A DNA stretch of 48,356 bases, from contig JAFGMK010000023.1 of the NCBI GenBank assembly GCA_016927565.1, positions 1 through 48,356 on the forward strand, given 5' to 3'. Position numbers and translations under genes: made by a program. Source of the stretch: Minisyncoccota bacterium. GTDB lineage: Bacteria > Patescibacteriota > Microgenomatia > PFEM01 > JAFGMK01. The notes under the pieces are model-generated. The model did not search any database. It saw only the letters and a program-made list of their open reading frames with translations, and was not told the DNA's origin. Within the stretch, counting starts at the first letter, position 1. The number at the start of each line of letters is the position of its first letter. Below are positions 27,867 to 37,800 of the stretch, in pieces.

Positions 27867-29723
27867 ATGAAGGCTAATCAACTCCGGGAAAAATACTTTG
27901 CTTTTTTTGAAAAGAAAGGCCATCGAAGGGTTCCGGCAGCTCTTCTGGTGCCGGAAAATGATCCGACCACTCTTTTTGTCAGTTCCGGGATGCAGCCGAT
28001 GATGCCTTATCTTTTAGGTGAAAAACATCCTTTGGGAAGCAGGATTGTCAATAGTCAGCCCTGTATCAGGACTCAGGATATCAAAGAGGTGGGTGACGGC
28101 CGTCATACCACCTTTTTTGAGATGCTGGGTAACTGGTCTCTGGGAGACTATTTCAAAAAAGAGCAATTGGCCTGGTTTTTTGAATTTTTAACCGGCGAGA
28201 TCGGCCTTGACCCCGCCAGATTATATGTGACTGTTTTTGCCGGTAATGATCAAGTGCAAAAAGATCAGGAGGCGATAGAAATTTGGCAGGAACTTTTTAA
28301 AACAAAAAAAGCGCCCAGAGAAGGTAAAGAAGGTTTTGATCCCGAAGTTAAAGTCTACCTTTATGGCTCGAAGAAAAACTGGTGGTCAAGGTCAGGAGCG
28401 CCGGATCAAATGCCGACAGGCGAGCCCGGCGGGCCGGACTCAGAAATGTTTTTTGATTTCGGGGCTGACCTCGGGATTCATGAGCGCTCAATTTTTGCCC
28501 AAAACGAATGCCATTTAAATTGCGACTGCGGCCGTTTTTTAGAGATTGGCAATTCCGTTTTTATGGAGTATCAAAAGAATCAGTCGGGTGGCTTTGACAA
28601 GTTGCCGGCTCGGAATATCGATTTTGGCGGCGGTTTTGAAAGGATTTTAGCTTCAAGTTGGGATCAGCCGGATATTTTCCGCACAGAATTGTTTTATCCG
28701 ATAATTGGCGCAATTCAAAAAGCAACAGGCGTGGGATACCGGCAAAATCCGGTTTTTATGCAGGTGATTGCCGACCACCTCAAGGCAGCTGTCTTTTTGG
28801 TTGATCAGGGTGTCGAGCCAAGCAATAAACAACAGGGCTATGTTTTAAGGCGTTTGTTGCGCCGGGCGGTGGTAAAAATGCAGCAGCTTAAAAAAGAAAA
28901 AATTTCGGAGACTGATTTTGAGCCGCTTTGTGAGGCGGTTCTGAGGATTTATCAGGGAATTTACTTTGATGATATTGCCAAGCGGAAAAAAAAGATTGCT
29001 CCGGTTATTAGTCAGGAAGTTGACCGGTTTAATCAAAACCTCATTCGAGGTTTAAGAATAGTTGCCGAAACGGTTCCGGAAGAAATCAACGGGCAGTTTG
29101 CCTTTAAACTTTTTTCCACTTACGGTTTTCCTTTTGAGGTTACCCGGGAGTTGGCTCTGGTTAAGGGAATAGATCTGGCTAGAGAGGCTTTTGAAAAAGA
29201 ATTCAAAGGTCATCAGGCCAAATCCCGAACGGCTGCCAGAGGGATGTTTAAAGGCGGTTTAGCTGATTCTTCTGAGAGGATTGTTAAGCTTCATACCGCC
29301 ACTCACCTGCTTCATCAGGCGCTCCGGAAAGTTTTGGGCAACCATGTCCGGCAGGTCGGCAGCAATATTACTGCCGAACGTCTCCGCTTTGATTTTACTC
29401 ATCCGGAAAAATTAACTCCAAAGCAAGTTAAAGAAATTCAAGATATTGTCAACCAGACAATTGATCGTGGCCTGGAAGTTAAAAAAGAAATAATGAGTTT
29501 GGCAGAAGCCGAGAAGTGCGGCGCCCTGGCTTTTTTTAAAGAGAGATATGCCCGGGAAGTAACTGTTTATTCAATCGGTGGTTTTTCCCGGGAAGTTTGC
29601 GCCGGACCTCATGTTCAAAACACCCGGAAGGTTGGACATGTTGAAATAACAAAAGAAGAGAGTGTGGGAACAGGACGACGTCGGCTTTATATGATCCTTA
29701 AGGAGCTGCCCAATGGATCCTAG
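27867..29723 (+). CDS. alaS: Alanine--tRNA ligase (short form without the C-Ala domain)
   Basis: DPTTLF, HTTFFEMLGNWS, VIADH, editing motifs HTATHLLH and EVCAGPH; 618 aa. Confidence 0.96.
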   Translation: MKANQLREKYFAFFEKKGHRRVPAALLVPENDPTTLFVSSGMQPMMPYLLGEKHPLGSRIVNSQPCIRTQDIKEVGDGRHTTFFEMLGNWSLGDYFKKEQLAWFFEFLTGEIGLDPARLYVTVFAGNDQVQKDQEAIEIWQELFKTKKAPREGKEGFDPEVKVYLYGSKKNWWSRSGAPDQMPTGEPGGPDSEMFFDFGADLGIHERSIFAQNECHLNCDCGRFLEIGNSVFMEYQKNQSGGFDKLPARNIDFGGGFERILASSWDQPDIFRTELFYPIIGAIQKATGVGYRQNPVFMQVIADHLKAAVFLVDQGVEPSNKQQGYVLRRLLRRAVVKMQQLKKEKISETDFEPLCEAVLRIYQGIYFDDIAKRKKKIAPVISQEVDRFNQNLIRGLRIVAETVPEEINGQFAFKLFSTYGFPFEVTRELALVKGIDLAREAFEKEFKGHQAKSRTAARGMFKGGLADSSERIVKLHTATHLLHQALRKVLGNHVRQVGSNITAERLRFDFTHPEKLTPKQVKEIQDIVNQTIDRGLEVKKEIMSLAEAEKCGALAFFKERYAREVTVYSIGGFSREVCAGPHVQNTRKVGHVEITKEESVGTGRRRLYMILKELPNGS

Positions 29724-32007
29724 ACAAATTTTTGAAAGAATTCGCCAAACGGAAACCCCGCTGGAATATACCTTTGCTTTTGAAATTGCTCCAGATGTGG
29801 TGAAGGGGGCGATTTGGGCCATTGACGATCAAAAAGCAAAAACTTTTTCTGTCAGTCCGCCAATTTCCTGGCAAAATGGCAAACTTCTGGAAGCGGCTGA
29901 TCGCTGTTTTTCGCTTGCGGTAGAAAAGGCAGCTCTTTCTCAGGAAGATGAACCGAAAAAAGTAATGTTCGGCTTGCCCTATTCTTGGGTTGAGGGTGAT
30001 AAAATTGTCAGCCAGAAATTAAGTTTATTGAAAAATCTTTGCCAAAGTTTAGATCTCAAGCCGGTTGGTTTTGTAGTAGTGGCCGAAGCAATTGTTTCTT
30101 ATTTGGAAACAATTGAAGGTTTGCCGCCGAATGCGATCTTGGTTCAGATTGGAATAAGCGAAGCTGAGATTACGCTTCTCCGGTTAGGGAAGATCATCGG
30201 TCGGGCGGTTGTCGGCCGGAGTGAAAATTTAGGCGAAGATGTCGCCGAGGGGCTTTCGCGGATTAAAAGTCAGGAGGTCTTACCGGCCAGAATGATTCTC
30301 TATAATGGCCAGGGAGAAATCGAAGAAAAAAAAGAAGAAATTCTTACTTATCCCTGGCTGGCCAAGGAAAGTTCTTTTAACTTTTTGCATCTACCTAAGG
30401 TAGAAGTGGTTTCAGCAGAGTTTGATATTAAGGCCGTGGCTTTGGCAGGAGGGGCGGAAATCGCTAAAGCCAAAGGGATTAAGGCCGAGATTTTTACTCA
30501 AGAGGAAAAAGAAAATTCCCCATCCGGAGAAAAGGCTTCTTTTCCGGAAACTTCTGAAGAAGGCCAGCGGCCTTTAGATAAAGACAGGGAAGAGGATTCG
30601 ACTCCAGACGAAGCCAGGTTGCTTTTAAAGTCCGATTCGCTGAAAAAGTCAGATGAGCTTGATTTTGGTTTTGTAAAAGAAAAAGATATCACTCTTGACC
30701 AGGTAAATGAAGAAAAAAAAGTTGTTTCCGACCCGGCCCGATTGGCAAAGAAATCGGCTCAAAAACCAAAATTAGCTTTTTTAAAGCGTCTGAAACGGCC
30801 GAAAATAAAATTGAGCCGGGTAAATTTTAAAAATTTTTTTTCCGGGATAAGGCGTCAGCGGTTGCCCTTTTTAGGAGCTTTTCTCCTGGTATTTTTCTTG
30901 CTGCTGGGCGGAGCTTTGTTTTGGTTTTGGTGGTTTTTCCCCAAAGCGGAAATAACCCTTTTTGTTAAGCCTCAAACTCTGGAAAAGGAATTTGAAATCA
31001 TTCTTGACGCTGATGCGGAGCAGGTGGATATCGAAACAATGACTTTGCCGGCCAAACTAATGGAAAGAGACCTTAAAAGTGAAGAAGAACAAGATACCAC
31101 CGGAACTAAGTTGGTGGGAGAGAAGGCCGGCGGCGAAGTGATGATTTATAACCGTACTTTAGAAGAAAAGACGCTTAAGCCGGGCACTGTTTTAATCGGG
31201 CCAAGCGGCTTGGAGTTTTCACTGAGTGAAACAGTAATTGTCGCTTCTGAAAGCAGTGGCCCTGATTATGTTAGGATTCCCGGTAAAGCATCAGTCAGGG
31301 TAAGCGCGACGGCGATTGGAGCTGAAAGCAACCTGGCTTCAGGAACGGAATTCGAAATTGATAAGTATTCGCGGACCGATCTGGTTGCCCGAAATGACTC
31401 TGCCTTCAGCGGGGGAAGCAGCCGAGAAATTAAGATTGTAAGCGAGAAAGATCAGGAAAAACTGGCGGCTTTGCTTTTAAACCGATTGAGAGAGCGGGCG
31501 ATCGGGCAGTTGGAAGAGGAGATTTCAGCGGAAGATAGTCTGATCGGGGAATCTTTGACCGAGGAAATTTTGGCTAAAAGCTTTGACCGTCAGGCAGGAG
31601 AAGAGGCAAACCAATTAAGGTTGGTGCTTGAAATCCGCTTTAAAGCGCTGGCTTATCAGAAAGACCAGCTTACGAGTTTGGTAAGAGAGAAAATTAAAAA
31701 GGCAGTTTCTTCCGGGTTTGAATTCAAAGAGGAGGAAAGCGAAGTTGATTTTAAACTGGAAAAGATTCTAGATAAAGGAAGAGTGGTTTTTGCCGCTTCC
31801 TTTAAGGCGATTCTCTGGCCGAAGATAGATGTGTTGCAAATCCGGGAAAATTTAAGGGGAAAAGAACCAGAAACGGGAGAGTTTTATCTTAACAGTTTGC
31901 CTAATCTGGCCGGTTTTGAGGTTTTGATTACTCCTAATTTACCCTCAGGAATAAAGACTTTTCCCAGGGTGGCGGATAATATTCAGATTGAGTTAAAATC
32001 GCGATAA
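29713..32007 (+). CDS. Membrane protein with an FtsA/PilM-like N-terminal domain and a baseplate-J-like extracellular domain
   Basis: Degenerate actin-fold phosphate-motif-like strands (FEIAPDVVKGAIW; LVQIGISEAEITLL), acidic linker, TM, then PKAEITL / ATG..GEKAGGEVMIYN / GTVL / A.AIGAESN / FSGGSSR, as seen in baseplate J/gp47-annotated CPR proteins. Confidence 0.65.
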   Translation: MDPRQIFERIRQTETPLEYTFAFEIAPDVVKGAIWAIDDQKAKTFSVSPPISWQNGKLLEAADRCFSLAVEKAALSQEDEPKKVMFGLPYSWVEGDKIVSQKLSLLKNLCQSLDLKPVGFVVVAEAIVSYLETIEGLPPNAILVQIGISEAEITLLRLGKIIGRAVVGRSENLGEDVAEGLSRIKSQEVLPARMILYNGQGEIEEKKEEILTYPWLAKESSFNFLHLPKVEVVSAEFDIKAVALAGGAEIAKAKGIKAEIFTQEEKENSPSGEKASFPETSEEGQRPLDKDREEDSTPDEARLLLKSDSLKKSDELDFGFVKEKDITLDQVNEEKKVVSDPARLAKKSAQKPKLAFLKRLKRPKIKLSRVNFKNFFSGIRRQRLPFLGAFLLVFFLLLGGALFWFWWFFPKAEITLFVKPQTLEKEFEIILDADAEQVDIETMTLPAKLMERDLKSEEEQDTTGTKLVGEKAGGEVMIYNRTLEEKTLKPGTVLIGPSGLEFSLSETVIVASESSGPDYVRIPGKASVRVSATAIGAESNLASGTEFEIDKYSRTDLVARNDSAFSGGSSREIKIVSEKDQEKLAALLLNRLRERAIGQLEEEISAEDSLIGESLTEEILAKSFDRQAGEEANQLRLVLEIRFKALAYQKDQLTSLVREKIKKAVSSGFEFKEEESEVDFKLEKILDKGRVVFAASFKAILWPKIDVLQIRENLRGKEPETGEFYLNSLPNLAGFEVLITPNLPSGIKTFPRVADNIQIELKSR

Positions 32008-32759
32008 TGGCTCTTTATTGTTACCTCAAAAGTCCTTCCAGTCCGCCGCGGCGAATTAATTCCGATTTAAAACGGGGCTGGGGTCGGCCGGGAATCGACT
32101 CAGCCAAAAAAGGACGTTTTTTTTCCGGTTTTTTAATCGGCTTGGGGGTAATTATTTTACTGGTGGTTTTAGGTTCATTTGGCTTTTATCAAGTGCAAAG
32201 CAGCCGGAATTTTGCCAAGAAAGATTACTTCTTGTCGCCTTTGCCTAAAGCTTCGGTTCTGGGAGAATCTCAAAAAGCTTTGCCGGCCGGGTATCAGCAA
32301 CCTGCCTATTGGTTCTCCAGTCCGCCGCCGCTGCCCTTCAAAAACAGCAAAATCACCCACTATAATCTTTCAATTCCTGTTTTGGGGATTAATCGAGCGG
32401 TGGTCGAAATTGGCGGGGAAGATTTGGGTAAAAGCATGGTGCACTATCCGGGAACAGCTTTTCCGGGCGAGAAAGGCAACGCGGTGGTTTTTTGCCATTC
32501 GGTTTTGCCCCAGTTTTTTAACCCCAAAAATTATAAAACGATTTGCTCAACTTTGCCGACAATGAAGACCGGAGATGAGATTTTAATTTATTTTGACGGA
32601 ATCGAATATGCCTATCAGGTTTTTGAAATGATTGAGGTTCAACCGACTAATATTTCAGTCTTGGAGCCGGATTTGTCGGGCGAGTATCTTTCAATGATTA
32701 CCTGCGTTCCGCCGGGAACTTATTTAAGAAGACTTATCGTTAAGGCAAGATTGATATAA
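32007..32759 (+). CDS. Sortase
   Basis: TM anchor, LSIPVLGI, HYPGTAFPGEKGN..CHS, catalytic MITCVPPG..RR. Confidence 0.9.
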   Translation: MALYCYLKSPSSPPRRINSDLKRGWGRPGIDSAKKGRFFSGFLIGLGVIILLVVLGSFGFYQVQSSRNFAKKDYFLSPLPKASVLGESQKALPAGYQQPAYWFSSPPPLPFKNSKITHYNLSIPVLGINRAVVEIGGEDLGKSMVHYPGTAFPGEKGNAVVFCHSVLPQFFNPKNYKTICSTLPTMKTGDEILIYFDGIEYAYQVFEMIEVQPTNISVLEPDLSGEYLSMITCVPPGTYLRRLIVKARLI

Positions 32760-32817
32760 TCGGATTCAGAATGTTTTAAAAAAGGGAGTTGGAAATTCTT
32801 TAATTCCTGTTTTTTTT

Positions 32818-33195
32818 ATGATTTTCCTTGGGGTTGATTACGGTCGGGTGAAAATTGGTTTGGCTTTGGGCAATGAGTTGGCGGTTTGGCCGGTGGCTGT
32901 GTGGAAAAATAAAGAAGGCTTCTTTCGGCGGATCAAAGTCTTTTGCCTTGAAAACCAGGTTGAAAAAATCATAGTCGGTTTACCGGAGGGCGAGCTGGAA
33001 AGAGAAATCAGAAATTTCGGCCAGCAACTGGGGCAATTGACCGGCTTGGCGGTGATTTATGAAGCTGAAACCTTGACCACTCAGGAGGCAATTGCTAAAA
33101 TGATCCAGGTCGGTAAAAAAAAGAAATTCAGACAGAAAAAAGAAGATGCCTTTGCGGCGGCGATGATTCTGGAAAATTATTTAAATAGATTATGA
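32818..33195 (+). CDS. yqgF: YqgF/RuvX family RNase H-fold nuclease
   Basis: LGVDYGRVKIGLA, IIVGLP, ETLTT, EDAFAAAMILENYL. Confidence 0.9.
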   Translation: MIFLGVDYGRVKIGLALGNELAVWPVAVWKNKEGFFRRIKVFCLENQVEKIIVGLPEGELEREIRNFGQQLGQLTGLAVIYEAETLTTQEAIAKMIQVGKKKKFRQKKEDAFAAAMILENYLNRL

Positions 33196-33222
33196 ATTAC
33201 AAAAGTTAACTTTTGTAATTCA
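33193..33222. repeat. Perfect 30-bp palindrome
   Basis: TGAATTACAAAAGTT|AACTTTTGTAATTCA. Confidence 0.85.
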
Positions 33223-33230
33223 AACAAAAT

Positions 33231-33431
33231 ATGTTTAAAAAGATTATTGCTCCGGTTCAGGCTTGGCTTTTGTCTCAGGGTAAATGTGTTGGGTGCGGCC
33301 GCTCCCTAAAAAAAGGAAAAAGAGAGAGCCGCCAGGACAAAACTGAAAAGGTGACTTGTTCCTGCGGCCGGATATTTATTCATAATCAAGGGACCGGCCG
33401 GTACCGAAGAGCTCTTTTTGAGGAAGTATAA
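33231..33431 (+). CDS. Small zinc-ribbon protein
   Basis: CVGC...CSCG pairs in 66 aa; tight spacing to mltG. Confidence 0.75.
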   Translation: MFKKIIAPVQAWLLSQGKCVGCGRSLKKGKRESRQDKTEKVTCSCGRIFIHNQGTGRYRRALFEEV

Positions 33432-33436
33432 AAACG

Positions 33437-34459
33437 ATGGCTCGAAAACCTCGGCGGGTGCTGATTATCGGTTTGGTATTTTTGGCTGTCGGAGTCGCCT
33501 TTGGCGGCTTTTTTTGGTGGCAACAAGCGAAAGCTCCTTTAACTGACTCCGGACAGGTCAAAAACTTCGTGATAAAAAAGGGAGAAAGCTTAGATTCGGT
33601 CGCCCGGCGGCTCAAAAGAGAGGGTTTTTTAAGAAATGCTCTTGCCTTTAAAATCTGGGTTCAAGCAAAAAACTCAGCCGATAAAATCCAAGCCGGGAGT
33701 TTTAAGTTAAGTCCGGACTTTGATTTTGAAAAATTATTTTCCAGCCTAACTCATGGGAAACACGATGTTTGGGTGACTTTTCCCGAGGGTTGGCGGAGAG
33801 AAGAATTTGCTCTGGAACTAATCAGGCAGGGCTTTGAAATTGACCTGGCGGATTGGATAAGGGAAACTGCCGGTCTCGAAGGCTATTTATTTCCCGATAC
33901 CTACCTTTTCCCCCAAAATTATTCTCAAGGAGAAATTCTCGGCAAACTCAGGGATACATTTTCAGAAAAGATAACCAGTGGTTTAAAAACCGACCTGGCT
34001 CAAAGCAGATTTTCTTTGACGGAGACAGTTATTCTCGGCTCATTGATTGAACGCGAGGTTAATATTGACCAGGATCGGCCAATTGTCGCCGGAATTCTGA
34101 TTAAAAGATGGCAAAATGACTGGCCGCTTGAGATCGACGCTACTGTTCAGTACGCAAAAGTTGAAAACTTTTTAGCCATAATCGAGTTTGAGGATTTGCT
34201 TGAAGTGTATCGCAGTATAGAATGGTGGCCCGGAAACATTGATCAAAAAGATTTAAAAATAGATTCTCCATACAATACCCGTCTTTACAAAAATCTGCCT
34301 CCCGGGCCGATCTGCAATCCCGGATTGGCCTCAATTAAGGCGGTTTTAGACTATCGGGAGACGCCTTATTGGTTTTATCTTTCCGATTCTCAGGGCCGGA
34401 CTCATTATGCTGAGGATTTGGCCGAGCACAATGCTAATGTTGCCAAATACTTAAGGTAG
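33437..34459 (+). CDS. mltG: Endolytic transglycosylase MltG
   Basis: TM, VTFPEGWR, LEGYLFPDTY, SLIERE, SPYNT..LPPGPICNPG. Confidence 0.94.
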   Translation: MARKPRRVLIIGLVFLAVGVAFGGFFWWQQAKAPLTDSGQVKNFVIKKGESLDSVARRLKREGFLRNALAFKIWVQAKNSADKIQAGSFKLSPDFDFEKLFSSLTHGKHDVWVTFPEGWRREEFALELIRQGFEIDLADWIRETAGLEGYLFPDTYLFPQNYSQGEILGKLRDTFSEKITSGLKTDLAQSRFSLTETVILGSLIEREVNIDQDRPIVAGILIKRWQNDWPLEIDATVQYAKVENFLAIIEFEDLLEVYRSIEWWPGNIDQKDLKIDSPYNTRLYKNLPPGPICNPGLASIKAVLDYRETPYWFYLSDSQGRTHYAEDLAEHNANVAKYLR

Positions 34460-34544
34460 TTTGAGAGAAACACCAAATTCAGGACCCTGGATCTGAAGAT
34501 TCCCGGTCTGATTGCTTGCCCGCAATCTTGATCTTAAAAACCCG

Positions 34545-34670
34545 GAGAGTGTTGGATATTGTTTTTCGCATCGTCATCCTGGGCGTAGCGAAGAAGGATC
34601 CCCTTCGAATAGGATTCTTCGGCTTTTAGTCTTAGAATGACGAGCAGCTAAGATCTTATTCCACAATCTC
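34545..34670 (-). mobile_element. MITE-like composite repeat, copy 4 (inverted)
   Basis: Reverse complement of the copy 1/3 sequence; ends GAGAGTGTTGGATA / TATTCCACAATCTC; flanks AAAAACCCG / GAAAACCCG (8/9 identical). Confidence 0.78.
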
Positions 34671-34684
34671 GAAAACCCGGAAAT

Positions 34685-34713
34685 TTGACAAAGGTCAGTT
34701 CTTGTGTTATCTT
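34685..34713 (+). promoter_or_regulatory. rpoB promoter
   Basis: TTGACA-17-TATCTT with extended TG. Confidence 0.65.
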
Positions 34714-34832
34714 TACCATCAGCTTTTTTTAAAAAGCGTACAATGGAGTACGTGTAACTTTATTGTTGCCAATTTTGGGCAATTTTTTATACCCAATTTT
34801 TGGTTTTTGCCAGGATTTTTCAAAGAAAACCG

Positions 34833-37800
34833 ATGAGCCTCTCTGATATTCCCGATATCGTTAAAAGCAGGCCGGCCCCAAAAAACGGAAGGATTTCCTG
34901 GGGGAAATCCTATCAAAATCTTCCTCAGCTTGATCTGGTTGCGATTCAGAAAAATTCTTACCGCAATTTTGTAGAAGAGGGCCTCGGCCAGTTATTAAAA
35001 GAAATTTCTCCGGTTGAAGATTTTACCGGCAAAAACTGGAAACTTTATTTCCATCAATGTTTGTTAGGCGAGCCGAAGTATTCCCCGATTGAGGCAATGA
35101 GAAAAGGAGTAACCTACGAATTGCCGCTTCGGGTCAAAGCTACTCTTTGCAATTTAAGAACAGGAAGAGAGAATGAAAAAGAGGTTTTTCTGGGCAATCT
35201 TCCGGGGATGACCGAAAGGGGCACTTTTGTCATTAACGGAATTGAGAGGGCAGTGGTAAATCAATTGGTTCGTTCCCCCGGGGTTTTTTTCTTTGGTGAA
35301 ATTGACAAGATCAGCGGCAGAACTCTTTATTACGGAGAGGTAAGGCCGATCAGAGGCTCGTGGTTGGAGTTTTTTGTGGCCAGAAATGATGTGATTTCCG
35401 TTAGGGTAGATCGTCGGCGGAAGTTTCCGATGACGATTTTGCTCAGGGCTTTCGGTCTTTCCGATGATGAGGAAATTTTGAATATTTTCCCCCTCGGGCA
35501 AGAAAAGGAAAGAAAATATATTATTGCGACTTTGGAAAATGACCCGACAAAAAATAAAGAAGAAGCCCTTTTGGAGATTTATCAAAAACTGCGCCCCGGC
35601 GAGCCGGCGATTCTGGAAAATGCGATCGGATTAGTCAATAGTTTGTTTTCCGATGTCAGGCGCTACAATCTTGGGAAGGTCGGCCGATATAAAATTAATA
35701 AAAGATTGGGCTTGACAATTCCCAATGTCGAGAAAAACTGGATTCTGACCCAAAAGGATCTGGTTTCTACTTTGAAATATCTGATTAAGCTTCAAGCGGG
35801 TGAAGGAGAGGTTGACGATATTGACCATTTGTCTAATCGCCGGGTAAGATGCGTTGGCGAATTGGTGGCTGATGTTGCCTTTCGGCCCGGTCTTTTAAGG
35901 CTTGAGCGTTCGATTAAAGAGAGAATGAGTCTGGTCAGTACTGAGGAAACGACAACTCCAACCCAGCTGGTTAACGCCCGGCCGCTTTCGGCCTCGCTAA
36001 ACAATTTTTTCCGAACCAGCCAGCTTTCAACTATTTTAGACCAGACAAATCCTTTGGCGGAAATCGACAATCTGCGTCGTTTGACAGTAATGGGTCCGGG
36101 TGGAATTACTAAGGAAAGAGCCTCCTTTTCGATCCGGGATATTAATGCCAGCCAATATGGTCGGGTTTGTCCGATTCGTTCACCGGAGGGGCCGAATATC
36201 GGTTTGGTGACTTACCTGGCTCTTTATGCCCGGGTTAACGAGTATGGTTTCCTGGAAACCCCCTATTTTCGAGTGATCAAGCAAAAACAGGGGGCAGGAA
36301 TTAAAATGAAGGTTAGCCGGGAGGTGGTTTATCTTCAGGCTGACGATGAGCAAAATCATTATATTACTCTGGCGAGCATTGATCTTGAAGAAAAAGATTT
36401 TGTTAAAGATGACTGGCTGCCGGCTCGTTTTAACGGTCAATTTTTGGAAGTCCCGGCGGAAAAAGTTGAGTTTATTGATGTTGCTCCGGTTCAGGTAGTG
36501 GGCACTTCGGCTTCTCTGATTCCTTTTCTGGCTCATGATGAAGCCAATCGGGCTTTAATGGGAACTCACATGCAATGCCAGGCGGTGCCTTTAATTAGGC
36601 CTTCATCTCCGGTTGTGGGAACAGGGATGGAGGGGATGGCGGCCTCAGCGATGCGAAGAGTACTGAGAGCCAGGCATGCCGGTAAGGTTGTTTGGGTCGA
36701 TGCGGGTAAAGTGGTAGTTGAAGTGGATAAGAAAGAAACGGCAACTCTGATGAAAGAGGGCATTGAGGAGCGGGAAGATATAATTGTCGATAAAGGCCTG
36801 GAGACATATTTTCTGAAAAAATTTTCCCGTTCGGCTCAGAGTACTTGTTACTCGCAAAAACCGCTTGTGGTTGTCGGTGATAGAGTTAAGACGGGAGATC
36901 TGCTAATTGATGGCCCGGCTTGTGAAAAAGGCGAATTGGCTTTAGGTCAAAATTTATTAATCGCCTATTGTTCTCTTGACGGTTTGGGATATGAAGACGC
37001 GATGATCGTTTCTGACCGCTTGGTCAGAGAAGATCTTCTGACTTCAATTTATATCGAAGAATACGATACGGCAGTAATGGAAACTAAGCTTGGTCCGGAA
37101 GAATTAACTCGTGACATTCCCAATGTGAGCGAACAAGACTTGGCTAATCTTGATAAAGAAGGGATTATTGTTGTGGGAAGCGAAGTCGGGCCAAACGATA
37201 TTTTGGTGGGTAAAATTGCTCCCAAAGGGGAAACCGAGCTGACTGCTGAGGAAAAACTGTTGCGGGCGATTTTCGGCGAAAAAGCCCGAGAGGTAAGAGA
37301 TGTTTCCCTGAGAATTCCTCATGGTGAGCGAGGGACAGTGGTCGAAGTTCAAGTATTGGATCGGAGTCAGGGAGATGAACTTGAGCCCGGGGCAATTAAG
37401 CAGGTAATCGTCAAGGTTGCCCAGTTAAGGAAAGTAACTGTTGGTGACAAACTTGCCGGTCGGCACGGAAATAAAGGAGTTATCTCCAGGATTGTTCCGG
37501 CGGCTGATATGCCCTATCTTAAAAACGGTCAACCGGTGGATATTATTATTTCTCCTCTTTCGGTTTTGGCAAGAATGAATTTGGGGCAGTTGCTGGAAAC
37601 TCATTTAGGTTGGGCGGCTGACCGGTTAGGTTATAAAGCGGCGGCCCCGGTTTTTGAAAAAATTCCGGAAGAAGCTATCCGGGCGGAGCTGGAAAAGGCC
37701 GGTTTGCCGCCTGACGGCAAGATAACTCTTTATGACGGCCGGACCGGCGAGCCTCTTTCTCAAAAAACAGTGGTGGGGATTAACTATATCCTTAAACTGA

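Noticed and set aside
16744-29723. Short IF2 and short AlaRS as pseudogenes or novelties
   Set aside because: Both have intact catalytic cores and tight coupling to neighbouring genes; such truncations are usual in reduced CPR genomes.
29713-32007. Prophage or contractile injection system implied by the baseplate-J-like domain
   Set aside because: No other phage, tail or integrase genes; the protein has a TM helix and sits among housekeeping genes.
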